Shown here one piece after another: positions 51,630-64,000 of a stretch of DNA of 64,000 nt (positions are counted from its first letter, which is position 1; the number at the start of each line of letters is the position of its first letter). The notes under the pieces are model-generated. The model worked only from the letters and a program-made list of their open reading frames with translations, made no database searches and had not been told where the DNA came from. Source of the DNA: Hemiscyllium ocellatum (Eukaryota). Location of the stretch: contig NC_083405.1 in the NCBI RefSeq assembly GCF_020745735.1, positions 64,818,345-64,882,344 of the forward strand. The letters run 5' to 3'. The position numbers and the translations under genes were made by a program.

Positions 51630-54065
51630 ACACAGTGGTTACTGGACTAATCTCTCAGTGAGGCAGAAAAATGCTTTAGACAAATGGAACAGTGTTTCAA
51701 ACCCTAGTTTTATTGAGGTTGGAGGAGGCAAATGGGGCATTTAATCGTGGTGGATCACGGCACATGTGGATTCTGCCACCAACCATCTTCAATCTGCTTG
51801 TCCATAGTTGGCATGGATGGTCTTCCTGACTTGTCACCAAATGAGGCCATTATGTAACCAATTAATGCTGAATCAATTGCCTCTCACCACCGATGGTGCT
51901 AATCCAGTGGTGGGTGAGTTGTCGCTACCCAGGGAGCCTTATATGCAAAGCTGTACAAGTTGCTTGTGGTCTCCCAGATAGGTACCTTGTTCAAAACATT
52001 TTTACTGATTGATACAGACATCTGGCCATGGGAAGGGCGCTCTGAATCATGGGAACCATGCCCATCCTCTTGCAGTTGATGTCTCGACATGCCATAGCTT
52101 GTGTCCTCCATATTGCAACCATCACTCATCTCAATCCCTGATCTCTCATTATTTCTGTTGAAGAAAAGAGCTTCCCAACCTCTAATTTGCCAGCAACTCT
52201 CAAAGGGGGCACTTGCCACTCCTGGATTATTAGACCCAAGAACGCCCTACTGATCACCACTGAACTGTTTGGTTGGCATGTGAAAGTGGCAGGGGATACC
52301 AAAGGAGGCAGCAGATACCTATTGCTAGTTGTTCTGTTGAGACCTGTTGCCTTCATAAAATTCCAACCTTGATTTCAATTCTCACACCAGCATATGGGCA
52401 AATTTAGATTCAATTTATTAATATATTTGCAACAAAAATTACTAGTCACAGTATTAATGATAATGAAACTACCAGATTATTGTAAAAAGTATCTGGTTCA
52501 CTAATGCTCTTAAGAGGAAGAAATCTGCCAATCTTACCTGACCTGGCTTACATATTATTCCAATTATGGTTGACTCTTTACTGTACTCTGAAATGGCCTA
52601 GCAAATCCAGACAGACCACCTAACATTAACCTAGAGAGGAAATGACAGAGACTGTACACAGTTGCTCCTGTAAAGTTGTCATCACTAACAGCTGGGAACT
52701 TCTGCTAAAGATGGATCAGCTGTCCCACCTACTGGTCAACTAACTGCATACTCACTGAGTAATACCTTACGTGCAATATCCTAAACTCTCCATCACCATC
52801 CCTGGATATATCCCGTTCAATGTAGGGCACTCTTACCAGAGATAGTGGCACAGTGGAATACAGAATACAGGAGTGATCCTGAAAAGCCTAAAGACATCAG
52901 CACTCCTGCTGATTACCACTTATTACCCACTCTCAGATGATGAATCTGAGCCTCTCCATGTTGAACACCACTTACACAATATACTGAGGGTAGCAAAAAC
53001 ACAGAATGACATTTCAAAGTCCATGATCAAGAGTAGTTCAGTAGTATCAGGCTGCCAAATGATTCAGTTTGTCTTTTGCACTGTCATGCATCAGTGAGGA
53101 TGGGCCTGATTTTGGAATCTGCTCCTCTTAACATTTACTTAATTGATCATTACTGCTCACTACTAGCAGAATAGCAAATCTTATATCTGATATATTGATT
53201 GTGGTATTGCTTAGATCTAGAGCACACGGTTTCTGTTGTTTAATGTGCAAGTAGTAATAAGCTGTAGCGACAACAGGTTGGCATCCTGCTTTTAGGTAAA
53301 GCTGTTGCTGATCCTGTCAACGGCCTCCTTTCCAACATAAGCTGATAAATGTGATGTTTGCTGATGATTACACAGTGTTCAGTACAGATTGTGACTCTTC
53401 AGACACTGGGGCAGTCTGTGTCAGCATGTATCAAGACTTGAACATTCCAGTTTGGGTGGACAAGTGACAAGTAACACCTGCAGCACATATTTAGCAACTG
53501 TTCTTGAACAGTCCTGTTGTATTTTAAAACACTACATTTTTACCATACACATTACAAAGTCATTTTCTTCCATTTTTCTCCTTTAGGACTAAGCAACAAT
53601 ATGAAGTCCCTTGAATTCTGGTATAATGTGGGGCAATTAAAGAGTAATAATATTTCACAACTAGAGAGATCTTTGAGGAACTGGTAATTATAAATATTAA
53701 TGGAGTGTTACCAGACAACTGGAGACAGACTAACAAAGTGCACATATTCAAACAGACTGACAAATCTAACATGTGCAGATACAGACTGATTACTGCTGCT
53801 TCCACTCCAAGCAAATTAGTGGAATTAATTATTAGGCATTGACTTAGGATTTTCTGTTCATTTTGACTTGGAACTTCAATGGTATGTCTTCACTATCTGG
53901 GAAAAAATGCTAGAACTCCCTCCCTAAAAGCGCTGTGTTCTAATTAAGATGATTTGTCACATATGTTTCAGCGGTTTAAGAAAAAGGCTCATCAACACCT
54001 TCTCAAGGTTTAATAGGGATGTTGGTTGTGCCAATAATTCTCATATCCCTTGATTAATACTAAAA
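51630..54065 (+). mobile_element. Degraded LINE with a tRNA-like head and Deu-like domain followed by EN/RT remnants and tail
   Basis: Head ~51630-51700 (split by a ~680-bp insert), Deu-like core ~52480-52605, EN remnant ~52670-53050, RT tttgctgatgat (FADD) at ~53357, tail ~53880-54065. Confidence 0.55.
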
Positions 54066-54099
54066 TGAAACACTTAATGAGCAGCATTAATCAGCACCG

Positions 54100-54183
54100 A
54101 TGTTACCAGACCTGCTGAGATTTTCCAGCAATCTCTGTTTTTGTTTCAGATTTCCAGCATCCACAGTTCTTTCGGATTTTTAT
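54100..54183 (+). mobile_element. Family B Penelope-type tail fragment
   Basis: Homologous to 42618-42700. Confidence 0.75.
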
Positions 54184-54362
54184 TCAGTAATGTGATTACG
54201 ACTGCTTCTAACTTACATGTACTTAAAAGTTTAATAAGGTTCAAAAAGGTGAAGTCATCAAATTTGCAAAAAGGAAAGGGTATTGGAATTGGAAGAAGAT
54301 GCTTAGAAGTTACAAAATGAGCGGGACAAGGTTACTAAATGAGCAGAACAATTGCAGGCGAT

Positions 54363-54773
54363 GGGTGGCATGGTGGCACAGTGGTTAGCATTGTTGCCTC
54401 TCAGGGCCAGAGACCTGGGTTCAATTCCTGCCTTAGGCGACTGACTGTGTAGAGTTTGCACATTCTCCCCGTGTCTGAGTGGGTTTCCTCCAGGTGCTCC
54501 GGTTTCCTCCCGCAGTCCAAAAATGTGCAGGTTAGGTGAATTGAAAGGGTAAAGGTAGGGGTATGGGTGGGTTGTGCTTTGGCGGGTCGGTGTGGTCTTG
54601 CTGGGCCGAAGGGCCTGTTTCCACACTGTAAGTAATCTAATCTAAATTGCCCGTAGTGTTAGGTGAAGGGGTAAATATAGGGGAATGGGTCTGAGTGGGT
54701 TGCGCTTTGGCCGGTTGGTGTGGACTTGTTGGGCCGAAGGGCCTGTTTCCACACTATAAGTAATCTAATCTAA
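54363..54773 (+). mobile_element. HE1-like V-SINE with two tandem 3' tails
   Basis: Head and V-domain, then two diverged tails each ending aagtaatctaatctaaa (54643 and 54773). Confidence 0.92.
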
Positions 54774-55629
54774 AGCAACACGTTGAAATACTGCACACAG
54801 GAAGGAAAAGTGATAGGTGTGCTGCATCGATGTGTGATGTGAAATGGCTAAGTATGAATCTCAGTGAAACTTAGGTGTTCCAGTATATTCAACACTCAAT
54901 ACATCCAGTCTATTCAGAGTAATAGTTAACAAATCCCAACAAGATGTTGAATGATATAGCCAAAACAGAGATGGTTATATCACTGAATATGGCTTTTAAT
55001 TCTGATACATGAGAAAGCCTAACTACCATATACTAGAAATAGTACAAAACATTATATTACTCCTATTGTTAAGAGTTCTGGACTCTGAGAAATGTGTGCA
55101 GAAACTTAGGTGATGGCAATGTATGGTTAACCACTGCCCGTTCATAGCATATGCAGGATATGGAAGGTTTCTGGTGACAGTAAACTTAAATGATGATACA
55201 ATGATCCAATGAACCTTCTGTAAATGCTTTTCTGTAAACAAACATAATTTCATCTACTTCTGCTTTGATTGCATAACTTTACTGGGAAAGAAGCCCTGTT
55301 ATGATAGTGGAGTGGTAGCAACTCTGTGGACAGTTATAAGGAACATAAAAAATCTGAACAGAGCAACACTAAATAGACTTCGTTTGAATAGAAAAGCAAC
55401 ACTATTTATTAATTATTAGGTATCTCTAAGTACTGTAAGCAAACTGTTCCAGACTTCAGAAGAAATGTGTAAATGTCTCAGTTTTGCTATTTGCTACCTT
55501 ATGCTGTGACAGATAATCTGATGCATGTAGAATAAACGGGATACTTAATTGCTAACATGGTCAATCCTTTTAAAGGCTTCTCTGCCATTATTAATTGTGT
55601 CCAAAGACTAAATAAATCATGGAGTGGGG

Positions 55630-55765
55630 AAAAAAAACCAAAGAACTCCACATGCTGGAGATCTGGAGCAAAATAGCTACTGTTGAAGAAACTCAGCAGG
55701 TCTGGCAGCATCTATGGGAGAAAGCAAAGTTAATGATTCAAATTTAGTGACTCTTCATCAGAACA
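55630..55765 (-). mobile_element. Family B Penelope-type short element with a decayed hammerhead
   Basis: Reverse complement begins gtt-CTGATGA-agagtcactaaattt-GAATC-ATT-aac. Confidence 0.7.
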
Positions 55766-55909
55766 CTGATTCTTCAATGTTTGTAAACCCCAGCTCCAAG
55801 CCAGAAAGAAGATTTTTGTTATTTTATATACTTTGGAATGAAGTATCCGCATTGTGACAGTCATATTCAAACTTTTATACAAGTATATTTAAAACCGTTA
55901 AGTTTTTAC

Positions 55910-56057
55910 CTGGAAAGATACACCATCTATACTTATTTCAGCCCAGTCATCTTCTTCATATGGCCTCAATGCACTTATCACAAGGTTGGCACGGAAACGA
56001 TGGATTAGCTCTTCAGTTGTTAATACTTCAGGGTAATTAGAAACACTTGTTCCATCT
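55910..56057 (-). CDS. MOCOS: MOCOS internal exon (third from last), 148 bp, MOSC domain
   Basis: tgtgctag acceptor and gtaaaa donor. Encodes DGTSVSNYPEVLTTEELIHRFRANLVISALRPYEEDDWAEISIDGVSFQ, with the MOSC signature RFRxN...EExxW. Confidence 0.96.
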
Positions 56058-56929
56058 CTAGCACAGAAAGACAATCACATTCAATAATCATTTGGAACTG
56101 TAATAACATAATCATTTAAAAATACCTCAGATAATACGTTTCTAAAGCCATAAATACTGAAAAAAGAATGATTGACGTGCATCCAGAACTTTTAATAAAT
56201 TGGCCACAATGAATTTGTTAAAATGTTTTCTAATACTATCCCAAAGTTCAGCACAACAAAGAGCAACTGATATGAAGACATCTATAGTTGAATCAAATTC
56301 ACAGTGTATAGCAATACAAAAGGGTTCATGCTGCATCCGACAAAGCACTTTTCAGATTTATTTCTATTAACTTCATCATACAGTAAGGGAAAACTGTAAA
56401 GGTAGTCCTCATGTATCATAAACAGGACACAATGAATCTGTTGAAGTGTTTCCTAACATTGTGCAAAATGTATTATTATTAGGATAGTAAATTCAGTAGG
56501 TCCTAATTGAAACAGCTTTAGAAGCCACTGAAAAACAATTTCGCCAAATGAGACATGTTATTAGAAAGTTGAAAAACACCTTTCTTTACTAAATAAGAAA
56601 AAACAACTTATCAATGTCACAACTATTCTATATCTGAGATTCCAGCATTTCTTCAGGTTGTTGGTTGAGAACTTCGTGAAAATGGTGATGTTAATGTCAG
56701 AGAAAGATTATTTGACTGTTGCTTTTTAAAGGTGATCATTAGCTGACAATGTAAATGTTACCTGTTACGTGTCTACCCAAGCTTGGATCTTCCTTAGGTC
56801 CTACTCTGGACAAGCATGGACTGCTTTATAATGGATGAGTTATGTCGCATATACTAGCAAGAAGTCTAACTCTTGATTTTATGATTTAAGGTGTCATAGC
56901 TAAATATAAAGTAGCTGAAATATACCGTG

Positions 56930-57170
56930 GGGAAGCATGTTGTAGTGGCAATGTTACTGGATTCGTAACAATGAGGCCCAGTAATCAGGAACATGGGTTT
57001 AAATCTAACTACAGCTGATGGAGTCTAAAGCTAGCTTCAGTACATTGAGACTGGAAATCAGCAATCCTTGTCCAAACTGGCAAAGGTATGACTTCAAATC
57101 CCAGCACAGTGATTGACTCTTCACTGCCACCTGCAAAAGCCTGGAAAGACACTCAACTCATGAACAGCAG
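56930..57170 (+). mobile_element. Degraded SacSINE1-like SINE
   Basis: Head tgttgtagtggcaatgttactgga...gggtttaaatc and a partial Deu-like core (gattgactcttcactgcc). Confidence 0.5.
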
Positions 57171-57222
57171 ATATTGATCTGCACAGTGATAATCAAATAC
57201 TACAAAAAACATTTAAAATTCA

Positions 57223-57582
57223 TGTGGCACGTTGGCTCAGTGGTTAGCATTGCTGCCTCACAGCACCAGGGACCGGGTTTGATGCCATCCTCAGGCAACT
57301 GTCTGTGTGGAGATTGCATGTTCTCCCCATGTTTGTGTGCAAATTCCTGGTGCTCTGGTTTCCTCCCACAGTACAAAGATGTGGAAGTTAGGTGGGTGAT
57401 TGGCCATGGTAATTCGCTCATAGTGGCAGGGTTTGTTCAGACTGGGTGGGTTAGCCATGGGGAATGCAGGGTTACAGGGATAGAGTAGGAGTTGGGTCTG
57501 GATGGGATGTTCTTTGGATGGTTGGTGTACACTCAATGGGTCAAATGGCTTGCTTCCCCACTGTAGGGAACTGTGATTCTGT
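57223..57582 (+). mobile_element. HE1-like V-SINE
   Basis: Head gtggcacgttggctcagtggttagc, V-domain and tail. Confidence 0.88.
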
Positions 57583-57649
57583 GAGAACAGAGTTAGCTAA
57601 GACCACAACTATTTATACTGAGTGTACTACAGGCCTCCCAACATTCAGA

Positions 57650-60600
57650 GAAGAGTAAAGGAGCAGATATGCAGACATATCATAAAAAAGGTGTGAGAGA
57701 AACAGTATTACAGTTGTAAAGACTTCAATTTTGCTAACATTAACTGGGATAATCTTTGTGTAAAAGAATTAGAAGGGTGGAATTTTTAATGTACAGTCAG
57801 GTTTTTGTGCCAGTACACACCCCGACAGTCCTACTAGACATGGAGCAAAACACAACCTAATCCTAGAGAATGAAACCAAACAAATGTTTGAAGTTTCAGT
57901 GGGCAAGCATTTTAGGGATAGTGACCATAACTCTAAGTTTCAAAGTCATTATGCAAATGGATAAAAAAAGTGCAGAAGTTAGGTGTCCAAACTGGGGAAA
58001 GCTGATTTCGATATCATTGGACAGGATACAGCAAATATAGACTGGGAACAGCTACATGCAGGTAAGTCAATATTTGGAAAGTTGGAGTCTTTCAAAAGTA
58101 TAATGAGAATTCAAGGCTGGCATGTTCCTCTAAGGGTGAGGGGTTTAGGGCAGCAAGTCCAGGAAAATCTGGATGTCAAGGATTATTGAGAATTTGAAAA
58201 GAAAAAGAAAAGCTTATGTCACGTACAGCACATTAAAAAAATAAAGGAGGCCCTTCAAAAGTATATTGGAGGAAGTTGCTTAAAAAGGAAGTTAGGAGGG
58301 CAAAGGAGCCTCATGAAATATCTTTGAAGATGGGATCAGGGAAAACCTCATATCTTTGAAGATGGGATCAGGGGAAACCTCAAAGCATTTTATAAATATA
58401 TTAAGAGTAAAAAGATTACCAGCAAAAAAGTGGGACCGATTACAGACCAAAGGGGCAACCTGTGCATGGGGCCAGTGGGCATGTGCATGGGCAGTACATA
58501 TATATTAAACTTTTTGGATGAGGGAACAAAATGTAACATCTCAACGTTTGTAGATGATACCAAGTTGGGTGGGAGGGTGAACTGTGACAAGGATCCAGAG
58601 ATCCTTCAGCATGATCTGGACAGGTTGGGTGCATGGGCAAATCGATAGCAGATACAGTATCATTTGGATAAATGCGAGTTTATTCAATTTGGAAGCAAAA
58701 ACAAGGCAGCGGATTACTACCTGAATGGCTATAAATTGGGAGAGGGGAGTTTGCAGTGGTATCTGACTGTCCTTGTGCGCCAGTTGCTGAAGGTAAGCAT
58801 GCAGGTGCAACAGGTGGTAAAGAAGGCAGTTGGTACGTTGGCTTTCATTGCAAGTGGCTTCGAGTGCAGGAGCAGGAATGTGTTGTGGTTGTACAAGGCT
58901 TGGTGAGGCCACACCTAGAATATTGTGAGGAAGGATGATCTTATTCTCAAGGGAGTACAGTGAAGGTTTACCAGGCTGATTCGAGGGATGGAAGGACTGA
59001 TGTATGAGGACAGATTGATTGGGTTAGGACTGTTTTTGCTGGAGTTCAGATGAGTGAAGGGGGAATCTCATGGAGACTCATAACATTCTAACAGGACTAG
59101 ACAAGGTCAACGCAGAGAGGGTGTTCCCAATGGTGTGTGTGTCCAGAACCAGGAGTCACAGTCTGAGGATTTGGGGTGGACTATTTAAGATGGAGATCAG
59201 GAGAGACGATTCTTCACCCAAGGAGTGTGAGCCTATGGAAATCATTACCACAGGAAGTAGTTGATGCCAAAACTTTGAACGTATTCAAGAGGCAGCTAGA
59301 TATAGCACTTGGAGCAAATAGATCAAAGGTTAGGGGAAGAAAGTAGAATTGGTCTATTGAGTTGGTCATGATTGTGATGAATGGTGAAGCAGCCTTGAAG
59401 GGCTGAACGGCCTTCTCCTGCTCCTATCTTCTATGTTTCTATGACGTCTTAAGTAAGTACTTCACAGAGGAGGAAGACCTTGTAATCGGAGATATGAGTT
59501 GGCATGGTGAGGCTATAGCACACATTAGAATTAATAAGGAGGAAGCATTAGATGTTTTAATGGGCATACAGATACATAAATCCCCTAGGGCCTGATGAGA
59601 TGTATTCCAAACTGCTATGGGAGGTAAAGGAGGAGATTGCTGGGGCCCTGGTGGATATATTTAGTATTTCGCTGGCTACAGGCAAAATGCCAGGTGACTG
59701 AAGGGCAGCAGGGATAGGCTAGATAATTTCAGACCAGTTAGTCTGACATCAATGGTCAGGAAAGTATTGGAAAAAAATTATGAAGGACAGGATTAATCAA
59801 TACTTGGAAAGGCAGGAAGGATCACGGATAGTCAACACAGATTTGTTAGAGATCCTGTCTGACTAATTGAGTGTTTTTCAAAAGGTAATTAATTATATTA
59901 AATACAGTTGATGTGGTTTACATTGACTTCAGTCAGACCTTCGACAAGGACATGGATAGCTGCTCCAAACGGTAAGAGCCCATGGGATCCAAGGCAAGTT
60001 CGTTAACTGGATACAAAATTGCCTTACAAATAGGAGGCAAAGGATGATGGTGGAGTGTTCTTTTTGTAACTGGAAGCCTGTGCCCAGCAGTTTACCACAG
60101 ACATTGGTTTCAGGTCTTTTGTTGTTTTTAATGTACATTGATGACATGTATGTAATTATAGAAGGTTAAATTGGTAAGTCTGCAGATAACACAAAAATTG
60201 GAATTATTTTGATAGTGAGGAGAATGGTCTCAAGCTACGGTCTGATATTAATCAGCTGGTAAATGTGTAGAGCAATGGCAGATGGATCTTAGTAAGTGTG
60301 AGGTGATGCATTTTGGAGGGTCGAATAAGGGAAAGATATACATAATGAATGGTAGGTCCCTAGGAAGTATGAGGAATAAAGGAATCTTGGTATACAAGTC
60401 CACAGATCCCTGAATATGTCAGCACTGGGAGATAGGGTGCTGAACAAGGCATGGGGATGCTTGCATTCATTAGTCAGGGTGTAGAATATAGAGCAAGGAC
60501 ATTTTGTTACAATTTTATAAAACATTGGTTCGGCCATTGATGAATGCACAGTAATGGTTGCCACACTATCGTAAGTATGTGATTGCACTGGAGAGAGTGC

Positions 60601-61062
60601 AGGGAAGGTCCACCAAGATGTTGCCTGGGATGAAAAGTCTCAGTTATAAGAAGAGGCTGGATAGGCTGGGTTTGAGTTCCTTTGAGCAGAGGAGGCTGAA
60701 GGGGAATCTGATTGAAACATACAAAATTATGAGGCACAGACAAACTATCTCTTCCCCATTGCTGACAAGTCTAAGACCAGAAGACATATGTTTAAGGTGA
60801 GGAGCAAGTGGTTTAGAGGAAATCTGAGAAAAAAATTTTCACCCAGTGTCTGGTACACATATAGAACATGCTACCTGAGAGGGAGATTGGACGCAGGTAC
60901 TCTCGCAACATTTAGGAAGCATCTGGATGAGGACTTAAAATGCTGAGGAGTAGTAGGTTATGGAACAAGTGCAGGTGAATGGGATTAGTGTACTTTGGCA
61001 TTTGTTGGTCAGCACAGACATGGTGGACTAAATGGCTTGTTTCCATACTGCATCATTCTACT
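57650..61062 (+). mobile_element. CR1 LINE ORF2 remnant with a second CR1 3' fragment nested at ~58495-59443
   Basis: Two separate RT-to-tail segments (FVDDTKLGG at ~58550; SADNTK at ~60180) and two tails (~59443 and ~61060). Confidence 0.85.
58318..58381. repeat. 32-bp tandem duplication
   Basis: atatctttgaagatgggatcaggg(a/g)aaacctc twice. Confidence 0.95.
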
Positions 61063-61709
61063 TCCTTTTGTGTCATGTGTGACTGCAAACATGAGAATTT
61101 GTATTGATTTCAGTTTTGCTTGGTTTCTTGATGATACGTGTTGTTAATTGTGGGTCAAACCTCCCTTCACTCCAGGACTTAATTCTGTCACCTCTCCTTT
61201 GACATTCAATTCATTTGAATCAAGGTTGTGATGAGCTCTGGATTTGAGTGCAAAATCTCAAGCGTAGCGTCAGTGAATAGGTGGGTACTTGTTATACTTT
61301 GCCCATCATTTTAAGTTGACTGGGAGAGGTGGATAGGGTGTCAATTAGTTGGGCTGGACTTGCTATTGTATTGTGGATCGATCAGTTTTCTGCATTGGTG
61401 AATGTCAATGGCATACTGTATTGGAATAGTTTGGCTGACGGCTAGCTGGCTGTAGTGTATCAGTCTTGTACAATGCAACTGGGATGTTCTCAGGAGCCAC
61501 AACATTCACTATTTAGTGTACTCATCTACTTTTTAATGTCATATGGTGAAAAATGCTACTGTCACAATTCATTTTCTTTCTCACTAAAAGAACTAAACTG
61601 AAAGTCTTCCAAACACCTTAATAGCTTTTGATTACTGTATGTTTGGAATCATTCTGCAATTTTTTCTTTATTACCAATGAGGAAAGTGTCCTTTCTGGAT
61701 AGATCTTAC

Positions 61710-61821
61710 CGACGTAATAATTGTTCTTTGATGTGTCGAATGCTTGCCATGTTTATGAGAAGATATTGAGCTTCATTCACTAATGAAAGGCACGGTGATT
61801 CATTCAAAGCTTGGTCTTGAA
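61710..61821 (-). CDS. MOCOS: MOCOS internal exon (fourth from last), 112 bp
   Basis: ttttcag acceptor and gtaaga donor. Encodes QDQALNESPCLSLVNEAQYLLINMASIRHIKEQLLR(R), matching the vertebrate MOCOS motif LSLVNEAQYLLIN. The phase-2 end (CG) joins the next exon. Confidence 0.95.
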
Positions 61822-61970
61822 CTGAAAATTTAAAGACATCATGATTGCACATAAGGAAGACACTCTGGGCAATGTTTAATCTCTGCAATTTAATGTTAGG
61901 ACAAAGTAATTATATATTATGTTTCAGATTTGAAAATATTAAACTTGAGTACTGCTGAAAAAGACATTTT

Positions 61971-62002
61971 GTCAAAACTTTTCATGTTGCGCTCATTAGG
62001 AC
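61971..62002 (-). ncRNA. Decayed minimal hammerhead-like motif (family D)
   Basis: Reverse complement is GTC-CTAATGA-gcgcaacat-GAAA-agtttt-GAC. Stem I is GTC/GAC, with one core mismatch. Confidence 0.4.
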
Positions 62003-62959
62003 ATTTCACAAGAATACAAATTCAAGGGGAAACAAATATTTTTATTGCATGAAGAGAGAGTGATTGGTTGGCAACTGCACTCTGGTTCAGACAGGTTCTG
62101 TTTAATTTTTAAACCAAGCAGACTGACTCTGATTGGTCAGGGCATTAACGAGAATCAGGATCAGAAAAATGCATTCAAGACATTTCCAATATGTAGTGTA
62201 TCAACTTCTCAGTCTTCCCAACATAGACTAATGGAAGGCAGTAAAGGTGACAGAAATTCCTTGTCAGCAATGTATTGCAAAGAAAGTGGAGTCTTTACCA
62301 TCACTTTTCATAACTCCCAGCTAAAACACGCATATAACAGTGTACATTGTCACAGCAACTCAGCTTCACTGGAAGACAGGCCGTCTCAGTTGGCTGAACA
62401 GCAGTATGGATCAGATTGATGCCAACAGTGTACCTATGATCACTATTCCCCTGAGTCTTGTCTCCTTACTTACTTGTATGGAGGTCACAGCACTGGGATG
62501 CTGGACCTAGCTTTGAACAGATAAATCAAGAAGAAGTGAGATAGTGTAGGAGCATTCCCATTTTTTCAACAATACTAAAATAGTATTTGAAACAAAAATT
62601 GCTGTTCGTAAAGAATAAGAAAACCTAACCTATAACTAATAAATTACTAATGAGGAATGAAATGAATTGTCAGCTAATTAACTTTTGATAGCTTTGACTG
62701 GGGGAAGGATACTGAAAGAACACGACATTTGGTCTTCAAATGTCATAAGATGTTTCATGCTTATTGAAATATACAGCACAGGATTAAAATTTACCATCAA
62801 CACAAAAACATTTCTAGCAACCCTGCTCTGACCATTTCCAGTCCCAGTTTTCAGTCCCACCCACCTACCTGCTTTGAGGCTTCTTGGTTCCTTTTTTGGA
62901 GAATTTTCATTCAGAATAAGGTGTGGGGGGGGGGGGTGGTGTTGTGTCTGTGACCAGGG

Positions 62960-63700
62960 AGATACTGAGGAAAGAGATCAATCTGACTCTGGTACAGTTG
63001 AGAAAAGAAGCGAGCCAAACAGTCAGGGTAGCAGGGACAAAGCAGAGAACAAGGTAGGACTGATAAATTAAACTGCATTTATTTCAATGCAAGGGGCCTA
63101 ACCGTGAAGGCAGATGAACTCAGGGCATGGTTAGGAACATGGGACTGGAATATCATAGCAATTACAGAAACATGGCTCAGGGATGGACAGGACTAGCAGC
63201 TTAATGTTCCAGGATAGCAATGCTACAGGCAGGACAGAAAGGGAGGCATGGGAGGAGGGGGAGTGGCATTTTTGATAAGGGATAGCATTTCAGCTGTGCT
63301 GAGGGAGGATATTCCTGGAAATACATCCAGGGAAGTAATTTGGGTGTAACTGAGAAATAAGAAAGGGATGATCACCTTTTTGGGATTGCATTATAAACCC
63401 TCCTAATAGTCAGAGGGAAATTAAGAAACAAATTTGGAAGGAGATCTCATCTGGCTTGTTAGATGAGGAATAGGGAGAGACAGGAGTTGAACACGTGGCT
63501 ACAGAGATGGTGCAGGAGAGAGGATCTTGGATTCCTGGATAATTGGGGCTCTTTCTGGCGTAGGTAGAGCCCCTGCAAACAGGATGGTCTTCACCTGAAC
63601 TAGAGGGGAACCAAAATCCTTGGCGGGGGGGGGGGTTGAATTTGCTAATGCTCATTGGGCAGGTTTAAACTAATTCAGCAGGGGGATCGGAACCCTAAAT
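62960..63700 (+). mobile_element. CR1 LINE fragments (EN start, then an ORF1 C-terminal piece)
   Basis: CIYFNARGL, IIAITETW and GGGVAFLI, followed by [12 protein letters not shown] similar to 47500-47600 on minus. Confidence 0.82.
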
Positions 63701-64000
63701 TGTAAAAGACAATGAAAAAAGTTCTGACATTGACAGAAATCCATTTCTGGTGTATGTTACTGGGGAAAAAAGAATGACCATCCTTTACTAACCATCTAAC
63801 CTTACTTTCTACTAATTACTAATTTGATTGCATTTTGACATCCATTTCCCAACATTAATGTTCTTCAGCATGATTAGGAAAATGTAATCATTCTTTTATA
63901 CCCAGGTTTAAATAACCTTTTTCCTATAAATTTACCATAAAGGATAATATAAAAATTAAAAATATTTGGTAAAGTAACAATGCTACAGCAGATTCTTAAC

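Overview
Vertebrate genomic DNA, almost certainly from a shark (elasmobranch), judged by HE1-type V-SINEs, SacSINE1-type Deu-SINEs and abundant CR1 LINEs. The only host coding sequence I can support is the last four exons of MOCOS (molybdenum cofactor sulfurase, MOSC domain) on the minus strand (61821 to 45711), all with GT-AG boundaries and consistent phases. A CpG island with promoter motifs at ~800-1300 probably starts the next, unidentified gene. Most of the rest is nested transposons: CR1/L2-group LINEs, three L1 copies (one with both ends and a TSD), a Tx1-type 3' fragment, a 3.2-kb Penelope-like element (RT plus GIY-YIG), a probable solo LTR, a Harbinger transposase relic and a Tigger-like MITE. 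Most interesting signals: (i) minimal hammerhead-ribozyme motifs in four short repeat families, many inserted as fold-backs with one boundary at the hammerhead core; (ii) a LINE that seems to carry a tRNA/Deu SINE head instead of ORF1; (iii) a mammalian-L1-like YY1 motif at both L1 5' ends; (iv) a duplicated ~90-nt element with a conserved closing stem; (v) a composite templated insertion. All family assignments come from motif recognition, not database searches, and repeat boundaries are approximate unless a TSD is given.
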